From assembly GCF_006345805.1 (NCBI RefSeq), contig NC_043004.1:56172001-56236000 (forward strand): a DNA stretch of 64,000 nucleotides, in the 5' to 3' direction. The translations under genes were made by a program, and so were the position numbers. Position 1 is the stretch's first letter. Each line of letters starts with the position of its first letter. Origin of the DNA: Octopus sinensis (lineage: Eukaryota). The notes under the pieces were generated by a model. The model searched no databases and was not told the DNA's origin. It saw only the letters and a list, made by a program, of their open reading frames with translations. This document shows positions 24,379-36,624 of this stretch, piece by piece.

Positions 24379-24883
24379 AGTATGTATCTTTGTATATAAA
24401 AAATGTTTATATTATATATGGCTACTGCGTGTTTCAGAATTGCATTTCTCGCCTTTGAGAGGAAGCGTTCGGATTATCTATGCAAGCTGTACTTTCGATA
24501 TACAGATAAGTATGCACTTATAGTGTGTCATCATGTGTTACTCAATACTGAAACACATGTATCACATGAAATAAAGGAATACAGAGTTGTAGCGCGTCTT
24601 CTATTTTCTCATTACACTGTGTAACAACATAAAATAATGTTTTTGTCGTTTTGGGTCCGTCAGTGTTACTTCTATTTGCTACTATTTAGTAATCAAATGA
24701 AATGACTCCTATTCCCTTCAAACGTTGCATTTGTGTCCTGGACTAAAATGGTTTGAAACTGACCACTTTCATAATATTACATTCAGACAGATTTCGCGCT
24801 GAGTTACTGAACCAGAAATATCACTATAAGCAAATATTCTGCTAACGTCCACCGATTTACTTGTCACTTACTTGACTTTAACC

Positions 24884-25263
24884 ATGGAGGCGCAATGGCC
24901 AAGTGGTTAGGGCAGCGGACTCGCGGTCATAGGATCGCGGTTTCGATTCCCAGACCGGGCGTTGTGAGTGTTTATTGAGCGAAAACACCTAAAAGCTCCA
25001 CGAGGCAGGGGATGGTGGTGATCCCTGCTGTACTCTTTCACCACAACTTTCTCTCACTCTTACTTCCTGTTTCTGTTGTACCTGTATTTCAAAGGGCCGG
25101 CCTTGTCACTCTCTGTGTCACGCTGAATATCCCCGAGAACTACGTTAAGGGTGCACGTGTCTGTGGAGTGCTCAGTCACTTACACGTTAATTTCACGAGC
25201 AGGTTGTTCCGTTGATTCGGATCAACCGGAACCCTCATCGTCGTAACCGACGGAGTGCTTCCA
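24884..25263 (+). mobile_element. tRNA-derived SINE family Z (tRNA-Arg-like head)
   Basis: A box TGGCCAAGTGG, B-box-like GTTTCGATTCC, ~300-bp body; second copy at 57551-57911. Confidence 0.85.
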
Positions 25264-25721
25264 AAAACTTGACTTTAACCACTTAAGCATGTCTTTTAGT
25301 GGCTGATTATATGTGCATCTCTGATCTTGAGCAGGAGTAGCTAGGGAACCTGATAGCCATATGCTGAAAGGGATTCTTTGCGGTTTGAATAGGTCTAAGA
25401 AAAGCAAAGTTTAAATAAAAAATTGGCCATTTTTCATACTTTCTAGGGGTAAGCAAATAGAAAATAGCAGTTACTACCCAAGGACAAAATTTGTGTTGCT
25501 CAGTGTCATTGATGTGTTCTTTATATTGCGCAATAGCCCTCTCCAGATTACGCAGGATCCCTATTGATCCCACAACGGTGAGAGTTTAATGTGACTAACA
25601 ATAAGATCCGAAACCTGCACGGTAAAATCATCATGCACTTTGTGCATCCATTCCTAATAGTATGTCTGTCTGTCTGTCTATATACCAATCTATCTATTAC
25701 CAGAATGAGATAAAAATCCAA

Positions 25722-25810
<89 letters not shown>

Positions 25811-25814
<4 letters not shown>

Positions 25815-26606
25815 AAGGGTTAATTGCAACATGTTGCTCAAAACCACATACCGAAAATGCTAGAAATGGCAGCCAGATAGGTCACCATTTCCCTACTAGT
25901 AAAAAGGTCTCCACAAACAATCAGGATTTGCAACCCGTATATGGCAAAAAGGAAGAAAATAATGAAATCACAGCCCTTTTGGATTAATTACAGACGAAAA
26001 TTCGTTTCTGGATGAGAACCAGAGGTTCATTTCCTTGTCAATGCAATATTTCCTATAAATCTAGAAATGCTAGGGGAAAAAAAGTCTCACCCATTATACC
26101 GGCTCGATCAGGCGTCACCGAACGATATAATAATGGTCTGTCAGTATCACTACATTTACATAGACAAGCGAAATCGTATTTCCCTCCAAAATCACCACGT
26201 GAGTTGCAAAAACATTATCAACGAAACGAAGTTCCGCAGATTTACTGTATGGGAGTAATAGTGTACAATATACAAAAAGGGTGAAATATAATTAATTTAC
26301 TAAAATTAATAAATTTCACCTAGTAGTTCATCGGTATGGAAAAGACCATATTTGGTTATTTTCTTCCTTTTTGCCATATACGGGTCGCAAATCCTGATTG
26401 TTTGTGGAGACCTTTTTACTAGTAGGGAAATGGTGACCTATCTGGCTGCCATTTCTAGTATTTTCGGTATGTGGTTTTGAGCAACTTGTTGCAATTAACC
26501 CTTTATTATAATTAATATAATCCTTACCAAATATGGTCTTTTCCATACCGATAAACTACTAGGTTAATTTATTAATTTTATTAAATTAATCATATTTCAC
26601 CCTTTT

Positions 26607-26609
<3 letters not shown>
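25811..26609. mobile_element. Nested inverted family-U structure enclosing a GIY-YIG-like remnant
   Basis: 25811-25962 is inverted at 26356-26507; 26272-26356 is inverted at 26526-26609; (TA)n on both sides. Confidence 0.7.
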
Positions 26610-26663
<54 letters not shown>

Positions 26664-26788
26664 GCTGATATATGACCTACATTGGGCTCCTCACAATCAC
26701 CGAACCTGGAACTTAGCTATAGTCTGTCCATAGCACTTACTCAGCATAAACTGACACCTTTGGGTCTTCTTGACACCATTACCGCTCA

Positions 26789-26872
<84 letters not shown>

Positions 26873-26889
26873 GATCTATCTATCTATCT
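26789..26889. repeat. (TATC)n, 5' flank of Tx1 copy B
   Basis: Direct inspection. Confidence 0.95.
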
Positions 26890-29800
26890 AGAGGGCTTTG
26901 ACGGGAGCCATCATCAACAACAAATGGTGGTTTGCCCTCAAGAGAGCAGTAAAAGCAGAAGCGATTAGGTACAGCAAAGCACTAGCCATAGATAGAAATA
27001 GAGTAGAGGGTGAGCTAGTTAAGAAGCTAGAAGAGGCAATTAGAAGCGGCATCGCATCCGACGTTTTGGCGGCGAGGTTGGCCCTCGACCAACACTTCAA
27101 CGCCAAACACGAAGGATGTGCTGTCAGAGCTAGGATGCGTGCTCTAAGGAACGAAGGTGTTGGAGCCGCGAGAGAGGCCCGGGTGGCAGAGGCGCAACAG
27201 GGCAACAAAGCCACCATTCGGTCACTGGTAGATGAACAGGGGCGCGAATTGCTCGAGCCAAGTAAAATGTGTGAGGCCTTTCAGCAGCATTTTGCCCGAC
27301 TGTTCGGGACGAGTGGAGGGCAAGAACGTAGGGTAGACTTCAGTGCCTACCTACATAGCCTGCCACGACTCTCGACAAGAAAGGCAGGGTGCTGCGAAGG
27401 TGCCATCACGGCGGCGGAAGTGCGGGAAGCGATGGCAGAATGCTCGAGGGACAAATCACCGGGTTTGGATGGTCTACCCTACGAATTTTACTATTGTATG
27501 CCAGACTTGTTTGGAGACGTCTTGGCAGCGGTATACTGCAACTGGCAGCAAAACGGGAGCATACCCGGTTTTGTGAGTCGAGGAGCTGTAACTCTGCTGA
27601 AGAAAGATCCAAACAAGGGAAACATTATAGATAACTTTAGGCCAATCACTCTGCTCAATGCAGACCTGAAAATTTTGACAAAGGTGTTAGCCAAGAGGTT
27701 GGCGCTTGTCATGGAGAAACTGGTCGACAACGCACAAACGTGCGCCGTGCCGGGCCGGAGCATCCATGACAACCTCCATCTGATGCGCTACATCATAGAC
27801 AGGGTAGTTAACGAACCTGGCATGGGTGGGGCCCTGATCAACTTGGATCAATCGAAAGCCTTTGATAGGGTAGACCATCGATACTTGGAGGCAGTCCTGA
27901 GAGCGGCTGGTTTCGGTCCCGTCTTCCGCGGCTGGATAGCTGCCTTGTACAGAGGCATCCGTTCGGTAATTCGCGTAAATGGACATCTATCGAGACCCTT
28001 CGACATTGCACGTTCGGTCCGTCAGGGATGCCCCCTCTCGGCGCTTCTATACGTATTGACTCTTGAGCCACTACTGCGGAAGCTGGCGACTCTGAGGGGC
28101 ATCCCGCGAGAATTAGGATGCGGGACGAGCGTGTCTGCATACGCGGACGACGTCACCGTCATAGTGTCAAGCCACGAGCACATCGAGCGGGTCGGCGAGA
28201 CACTGAAAGACTACGAAGCGGTGACAGGAGCAAAAATCAACCGGGAAAAGTCAGTGGGCTTGCGGCTCGGCACCTGGAGAAGCAAACCCATGCCGTCCAC
28301 CAGTACCTCCGTCGTGGGACGCTGGACAGACGGCCCGCTTGAGTTGCTCGGGGTCTGGTTCGGTCCGGACCTCCAAATGGAGAAGAACTGGAACGAGATA
28401 ACGAGTAGGGTGGTCACTCTCGCCCAGCAATGGGCCGAGAGGAAACTGTCCCTAAAAGGTCGGGCGGAGGTGGTGAACGCGTACATCGCGTCCATCATCT
28501 ACTACCGCCTGACCGTCGTACCTTGTCCCGACCCTACCATCACCAAACTAGAACGCATCCTCTTCCGCTTCTTGTGGAAAGGATGCGTCCCGATGGTCAG
28601 GCGATCCATTTGCTGTCAACACCCGTTAAAAGGAGGGCTGGCATGCCGTGGTTGATGATGCGCAGACACGCGCTGAGACTGCGACATCTCCGGCTCTATG
28701 TAGACGACGGTGAACAGGTGTGGTCGCCGTTTGTGAGGCACGCATTCCCGCAACTCGTCTCCATGACCGAACTACAGTCGTGGATCAAAAAGAGGCCGAA
28801 GAAGGGCGAATGGCACCGCGAGTGTCGCGTTGCTCTCAAGCAACTCTGCCGTCCCGGGTCGACCTTGAGTGACTTCAACACAACCAAAGCATTCTATAGG
28901 GGATTAGTGGAGGGGAGGTACGACGACGAGCTCGGGGCAAACCTGGGCGTCGACGAGGAATACCTGACCCGCCTGTTTCAAACGACTTTCGGCCCGGGAC
29001 CTATGGACAACTTCCAGAGATCCCTGGCCTGGCGGTGCTACCGAGAAGCGCTACCCGTTCGGGATAAGCTCTATAGGCATGGCTCGAGAAACACGGGGCC
29101 GACCTGCCCGAGATGCGGGCAGAGCGACGAAACCGCTCTGCACGCAATCGTGCAGTGTCCAGCAATTTCCCACCTGTGGGCTTATGTCGAACGACTGCTG
29201 TCACGTGTGGGACGTGTCGGTTTATCAGCCGAGTCTATCGTTAATATCGTCACGCCTCCTTCCTTCAAACGGGAAGGAAGAGCTATTTTATCATACTTGT
29301 GGCTATGGCGAAAGAATGTATCTGGTGGACGCGTCTGAAAGGATTAGAGACAAACACTTTCCTCTCTGGTCAATCTCTCATCAACTTCTTCAAGTATCAC
29401 TTGAAGAAAAAAGTGAGAGTAGAGAGGCAAGTTTTGTCTAGTGAATGTTTTAAAAAAAGATGGGTGAATGTAGCAAGGATGGCACGTATGAATGACGAAG
29501 CCACCTTGACTATGATTCTATGAACCGTAAAAATTAATACAGAGAGTTGCTTATTTGCAAAAAAAAAAAAAAAAAAAAAGAAATATAACATGTGACTTCA
29601 TTGACCGAGGTTACCGTGGTCTTTTCCGTAGGCTTTTCTTTCCACGGGTAAACCTCACCTGTCCCCCCCTTTACACTTCATATTGACATTTCTGTGATAA
29701 CGATCCCTATTGATCAATTTTTTTCCTCTCCCCCTTTTTTTTAAACCCCCTTTTTTTTTGTCCTCTTTCTCTCCTTTTACGATCCCTTTTGATCGCCCCC

Positions 29801-29965
29801 CCTTTTTTATTTTATTTTTATTTTATTTTATTTTTTCTTATTTTTTTATTTTTTATTTTTTTTTTAATTTTTTAATTTTTTATTTTTTTTTAAACCTTCA
29901 AAAGAAAAGCTCTACCTTGTAATTTGTTCTATCTGTGTGCAGCCCTGTGTGGCTAATAAAGAAAC
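26890..29965 (+). mobile_element. Tx1-like LINE copy B, 5'-truncated in the ORF2 linker
   Basis: RT motifs SPGLDGLPYEFY, NFRPITLLNADLKIL, INLDQSKAFDRVDH, SVRQGCPLS, SAYADDVT; frameshifts near 28643 (GGG>GG) and 29290 (T5>T4); ends AATAAAGAAAC then (TATC)n 29967-30089. Confidence 0.95.
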
Positions 29966-30000
29966 ATATCTATCTATCTATCTATCTATCTACCTACCTG

Positions 30001-30076
<76 letters not shown>

Positions 30077-30285
30077 ACTATCTATATCTCATCGGACTCC
30101 GTAAGTTGGCCACTTTTACATGTTTAAAACTCCTTGTTGTCAAATATTTTGTTTTAATCGTTGTGCAAGTTCATTCACTAAAAAACCTGAGAATTATTCA
30201 CGTAGAATTCCGCCCCTGTATGGGCGAAATTACAAAAAAACTTTCAAAACTTTCGTGGGTTTTTTAGCCATTTTTCATTTTGAAA

Positions 30286-32274
30286 ATGGCAACTAGAAAC
30301 CACGTGGCTAGCCCGCCAGTCATGCAGAACGGTAGCAAAACACTATTGCTACCACTAGCTGCTAAACATCGCAGCGTGAACACCGCTGTCACCACCACCA
30401 CCAACAACAACAACAAATCTAACGTCGCATTCACCATCGCCGCGACCAAAGACATTAACTTAGATTTCCCCTCACTCCCCACACCACTTGTTGATGATAA
30501 AGGGACAGAGAAAGGGATTTCAAAAATGAATACAAACGAAAACATGAATGCCAGCACCACCACCATCACCACCAACAACAACAACAACGAAATTGGCACA
30601 AAGCCGCCTACCAAAGACAACACCGCCAACACCAACACCACTACTACGACGTCAAATGCTACATCCAAGCCTTCTGCTGCTAATACCGCCAACACCAACA
30701 CCACTACCATGATTTCAATTAACACTGCCACAATTAACACTTCTACTGCCAAATTCAAAACGAATTTTGCGGACGTAACAAAACAAAAAGAACAATTGTA
30801 ACATTCACCACACAAGAGATAAACCGCACAAAGGCACTCTTCTCCAAAGAAGGAGACAAATTGCACCTTCATATTCCACAACACATCGTGGAAAACACAC
30901 AAAAAAAACAATAATTTATAAAGTAATAAACAAAAAAACAAGAAGAACAGAAAATGCACCGCAGGAAAAAATCGATAAATGCCTTCGTCCTGTATGGGAC
31001 TCCAAGGAATATATCAGTTGGGGAAACAAATTTGGTACAGTCCAAGTACGTTTCCTCAACGAAAGTTTAGCAAAACGTTTTTCCACATTGGAGCTGCATT
31101 CGGACGACTTGGTAATGATACCAGTCTACTTAAACAAAAGGGTCACGAAAGTCCAAATAAAAAACATACCATTTGATGTCGAAACACAATGGTTGGTCTC
31201 TGCCATCTGCTTTGAAATGTCAGAGACAATGTCAGAGACAAACATCCTGGAAATCGCGGTTCTAGGAGAGAAAGACTATGTGGGCAAATCAATCGAATTC
31301 CTGCTTCAATTGGATGAAGCAGCAAGAGAGAAGATACCCACCGCTATAGAACTGCCAGGAGGCTACAAACTCTATATAGTGGTAGAGGGCAGGCGACCAC
31401 GCTGCTATTTGTGTGGAATCGAAACACACTTGAAAAAGACGTGCCCAACCACTGCACACCAAGAGCAACAACAACAACCACTACCACAACCAAAGCACTC
31501 CGGAAAAAAAGCTCTACTACCCACACCACCATCAACACAGAAGACAAGAGAAGCACACCAAGCTAATCCGTCATCAACCAAAAACCACTCGACACCTGAA
31601 AAAATACCAACACCACCATCAACAGCAAAACCCAAAGGAACAGAAAAACAAAGAAAACACACACAAACTGATCCCCCATCCCTTATACCGCACTCAACAC
31701 ACACAAACACTCAACAACCAACAACAACGAAAACAACAACACAACCACTTACACAGACATACATAGAAGCCCACAACATACCCCTACCCCCTTCTGATTC
31801 CTCAGAAATTTCGTCGGAAGACGAAACAGTGAGGAATGGCAAATAGCTACAAAAAGAAGGAAAATAAAGAGCAGAAACACAACCAAACCAAATGCAAACA
31901 CGAACAAAGCAGGGGGAAATACATCTCCCGAAGACATTTCAAAACCCAACGCAAACAACAGCCACACCAACACCACAAAAACATATACAGCAAACATGCT
32001 CACAGCCATAGACACCAAAAACACAAATTTGATGGAATACATCCAATCAAAAACAAACATAACAGAAGATGACATAAAAACAAACAATCACCCATATACA
32101 ACACCACCAGACCACATCAAAATATTACACATCTCCAAAAGTCTGCACCACACACTCAAAGGCATTTTCCCCAGTGCGGTTGGTAAATGCCAAAAATATC
32201 TCACAAAGAAACTGTACTGGGATCTTCTCGAGGACAAACCAACGGAGGAGAAAGCAAAAACTTTCGAGCAGTAA
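30286..32274 (+). CDS. Tx1 ORF1p (T/N-rich N-terminus, RRM-like region, CCHC knuckle), three -1 frameshifts in A runs
   Basis: Reconstructed across ~30788, ~30907 and ~31826 by comparison with copy D; CYLCGIETHLKKTC = C-x2-C-x4-H-x4-C; about 663 aa if repaired. Confidence 0.8.
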
Positions 32275-32305
32275 GTAACCCTCTGTATTCTAATTCATTA
32301 GAACT

Positions 32306-35300
32306 ATGATCAAGATTGGTTGTGTAAATGCGCGTGGCTTGGGGTCCCCTTGGAAACAAGGGTACCTCTTAAATGACATAAAGTCACATAAGTTAGAAAT
32401 CATAGCCATAAGCGAGACCAGACTCCACAATCCGCGGGCCCTAAAGACCATGTTTGGCGGACAGTTCAACGTTTATTTTTCCCCCTGTCTGCCGAGAATG
32501 GGCGGTAGTGGCACCGCGGTACTTTTTCACAAGAGTCTGGATCTCAATGTAAGGACAATATTCGTAGACCCGGAGGGTAGACTGGTCGTCCTGGATGTCG
32601 ACGGCAGCAATGGGTGCGCTTTTCGACTCGTATCAGTTTACGCACCGCCCTTAACAGGTCGGGCGGATTTCTTTCAACGTCTAGAAATTTTCTTGGGAAC
32701 GTCTCGTCCTTTACTCTTAGTGGGGGATTGGAATGCTACCTTGGACACGCATGTAGACTACGTGGGTAGAGATAGGAATAGACGGGGATGCAAATGCCTC
32801 AGAGACCTGCTCAGACGCTTTCAACTGTCTGACAGGTTCCGACTAGACCACCCGAATGCGCCAACGTGGACATGGAGCAACCGCATCGGGTCGTCGAGAT
32901 CGTATCTAGATAGGATACTGTGTAGGACAGTAGATAGAGATAGCATAGGATGTCCACAATTCCACATAGTCAGCTACACGGATCACAAACTTGTGACATG
33001 TACGCTAGACTTAGGTAAGACACTTAGGCAGGGTCCCGGATACTGGAAACTAAACGCGTCTTTCCCATCGAGACAAGTTTTCAGAGACCGGATTAGCACA
33101 CTAGTAAAGAGGGCTTTGACGGGAGCCATCATCAACAACAAATGGTGGTTTGCCCTCAAGAGAGCAGTAAAAGCAGAAGCGATTAGGTACAGCAAAGCAC
33201 TAGCCATAGACAGAAATAGAGTAGAGGGTGAGCTAGTTAAGAAGCTAGAAGAGGCAATTAGAAGCGGCATCGCATCCGACGTTTTGGCGGCGAGGTTGGC
33301 CCTCGACCAACACTTCAACGCCAAACACGAAGGATGTGCTGTCAGAGCTAGGATGCGTGCTCTAAGGAACGAAGGTGTTGGAGCCGCGAGAGAGGCCCGG
33401 GTGGCAGAGGCGCAACAGGGCAACAAAGCCACCATTCGGTCACTGGTAGATGAACAGGGGCGCGAATTGCTCGAGCCAAGTAAAATGTGTGAGGCCTTTC
33501 AGCAGCATTTTGCCCGACTGTTCGGAACGAGTGGAGGGCAAGAACGTAGGGTGGACTTCAGTGCCTACCTACATAGCCTACCACGACTCTCGACAAGAAA
33601 GGCAGGGTGCTGCGAAGGTGCCATCACGGCGGCGGAAGTGCGGGAAGCGATGGCAGAATGCTCGAGGGACAAATCACCGGGTTTGGATGGTCTACCCTAC
33701 GAGCTTTACAATTGTATGCCAGACTTGTTTGGAGATCTCTTGGCGGCGGTGTACTGCAACTGGCAGCAAAACGGGAGCATTCCTGGTTTTGTGAGCCGAG
33801 GAGCCGTAACACTGCTGAAGAAAGATCTAAACAAGGGAAATGTAATAGATAACTTTAGGCCCATCACTCTGCTTAATGCAGACTTGAAAATTTTGGCCAA
33901 GGTGCTAGCCAAGAGGTTGGCGCTTGTCATCGAGAAACTGGTCGACAAGGCGCAAACATGCGCCGTGCCAGGCCGGACCATCCATGACAACCTCCATCTG
34001 ATGCGCTACATCATAGACAGGGTAGTTAACGAACCTGGCATGGGTGGGGCCCTGATCAACTTGGATCAATCGAAAGCCTTTGATAGGGTAGACCATCGAT
34101 ACTTGGAGCAGTCCTGAGAGCGGCTGGTTTCGGTCCCGTCTTCCGCGGCTGGATAGCTGCCTTGTACAGAGGCATCCGTTCGGTAATTCGCGTAAATGGA
34201 CATCTATCGAGACCTTTCGACATTGCACGTTCGGTCCGTCAGGGATGCCCCCTCTCGGCGCTTCTATACGTATTGACTCTTGAGCCACTACTGCGGAAGC
34301 TGGCGACTCTAAGGGGCATCCCGCGAGAATTGGGATGCGGGACGAGCGTGTCTGCATACGCGGACGACGTCACCGTCATAGTGTCTAGCCACGAGCACAT
34401 CGAGCTGGTCGGCGAGACACTGAAAAACTACGAAGCGGTGACAGGAGCGAAAATCAACCGGGAAAAGTCAGTGGGCTTGCGACTAGGCACCTGGAGAAGC
34501 AAGCCCATGCCGTCCACTAGCGCCTCCGTCGTGGGACGCTGGACCGACGGCCCGGTTGAGTTGCTCGGGGTCTGGTTTGGTCCGGACCTCCAAGTGGAGA
34601 AGAACTGGAACGAGATAACGAGTAGGGTGGTCACTCTCGCCCGGCAATGGGCCGAGAGGAAACTGTCCCTAAAAGGTCGAGCGGAGGTGGCGAACACGTA
34701 CATCGCGTCCGTCATCTACTACCGCCTGACCGTCGTACCTTGTCCCGACCCTACCATCACCAAACTACAACGCATCCTCTTTCGCTTCTTGTGGAAAGGA
34801 TGCGTCCCGATGGTCAGGCGATCCATTTGCTGTCAACACCCGTTAAAAGGAGGGCTGGGCATGCCGTGGTTGATGATGCGCAGACACGCGCTGAGACTGC
34901 GACATCTCTGGCTCTATGTAGACGACGGTGAACAGGTGTGGTCGCCGTTTGTGAGGCACGCTTTCCCGCAGCTCGTCTCCATGACCGAACTGCAGTCGTG
35001 GATCAAAAAGAGGCCGAGGAAGGGCGAATGGCACCGCGAGTGTCGCGTTGCTCTCAAGCAACTCTGCCGTCCTGGGTCGACCTTAAGTGACTTCAACACA
35101 ACCAAAGCATTCTATAGGGGTTTAGTGGAGGGGAGGTACGACGACGAGCTCGGGGCGAACCTGGACGTCGACGAGGAGTACCTGACCCGCCTGTTCGGGA
35201 CGACTTTCGGGCCAGGGCCCATGGACAACTTCCAGAGATCCCTGGCCTGGCAGTGCTACCGAGAAGCGCTACCCGTTCGGGATAAGCTCTACAGACACGG

Positions 35301-35742
35301 CTCGAGAAACACGGGGCCGACCTGCCCGAGATGCGGTCAGAGCGACGAAACCGTTCTGCACGCACTCGTTCAGTGTCCAACAATTTCCGACCTGTGGGCT
35401 TATGTCGAACAACTGCTGTCACGTGTGGGACGAGTCGGTTTATCAGCTGAGTCTATCGTCAATATTGTCACGCCTCCTTCCTTCAAACGGGAAGGAAGAG
35501 CTATTTTCATCATCCTTGTGGCTATGGCGAAAGAATGTATCTGGTGGACGCGTCTGAAAGGATTGGAGACAAACACTTTCCTCTCTGGTCAATCTCTCAT
35601 CAACTTCTTCAAGTACCACTTGAAAAGGAAAGTGAGAGTAGAGAGGCAAGTTTTGTCTAGCGAATGTTTTAAAAAAAGATGGGTGAATGTAGCAAGAATG
35701 GCACGTATGAATGACGAAGCCACCTTGAGCATAGTCCTATGA
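32306..35742 (+). CDS. Tx1 ORF2p: APE endonuclease, RT and zf-RVT zinc finger; single -1 frameshift near 34109
   Basis: VNARGL, ISETR, VYAP, GDWN, YLDRI, TDH (APE); YADD RT; CPRC...ETVLHALVQC. Copy C has ttggagcagt where B and D have ttggaggcagt. Confidence 0.92.
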
Positions 35743-36194
35743 ACCCAGAAATCGAAAACAGAGAGTTGCTTATTTGCAAAAAAAAAAAAAAAAAGAAATA
35801 TAAAATGTGACTTCATTGACCGAGGTTACCGTGGTCTTTTCCGTAGGCTTTTCTTTCCACGGGTAAACCTCACCTGTCCTCTCCTTTACACTTCATATTG
35901 ACATTTCTGTGATAACGATCCCTATTGATCAATTTTTTTTCCTCTCCCCCTTTTTTTTTTTTTTTTTTTTTAACCCACCCTTTTTTTTTGTCCTCTTTCT
36001 CTCCTTTTACGATCCCTTTTGATCGAAACTCCCCCTTCCTTTTTTTTTTTTTTTTTTTTTTAAACCTTCAAAAGAAAAGCTGTACCTTGTAATTTGTTCT
36101 ATCTGTGTGCAGCCCTGTGTGGCTAATAAAGAAACATATCTATCTAACTATCTATCTACCTACCTACCTACCTATCTATCTATCTATCTATTGT

Positions 36195-36400
36195 TTGTCA
36201 CCAAGCATCCCTTGACAATCGGGCTTGTTTTTTTTTTTACTTCCCCATAACATAGCAGTTCGGCTATCGGAATCAATGAAATGAGTACCAGGCTTATAAA
36301 AATTAGTCTCTGAGGTTGATTTCTTCACTCTTCTAAGTGGTGTCACAGCATGGCCACAGTCCAACGACTGAAAAAGTTGAAACATAAAAGGCATAAACAC
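36195..36400 (+). mobile_element. Old SINE family X, 3' half
   Basis: ttgacaatcg..., gagtaccaggctta, cagcatggccacagtc motifs. Confidence 0.55.
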
Positions 36401-36624
36401 GTGTGAGAGGGGTGTAAAGAATATTTAAAGACAAGCCATCGCTGAACAATATACAATGCTGATATTGATATCACGTGTGGTCATATTCTACCTGAATCGA
36501 AAAAAGAACATATCCTTCGTGTTACGTATTGGTTATATAAATTGTTACGCTAAAATGCATATCAACAGCCGAGAAAGGCAGTTCTGCAATTTTTTACTGG
36601 ACAAACTGCGCAAATGATTTACTA

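Larger units (their letters stand above)
30090..36135 (+). mobile_element. Tx1-like LINE copy C, full length (5'UTR-ORF1-ORF2-3'UTR), in (TATC)n
   Basis: 5'UTR is homologous to copy D; two ORFs; followed by (TATC/TACC)n 36137-36190. Confidence 0.95.

Noticed and set aside
24884-24960. tRNA-Arg-like sequence as a real tRNA gene
   Set aside because: Acceptor stem is poor and it continues into a SINE body repeated at 57551; it is a SINE head.
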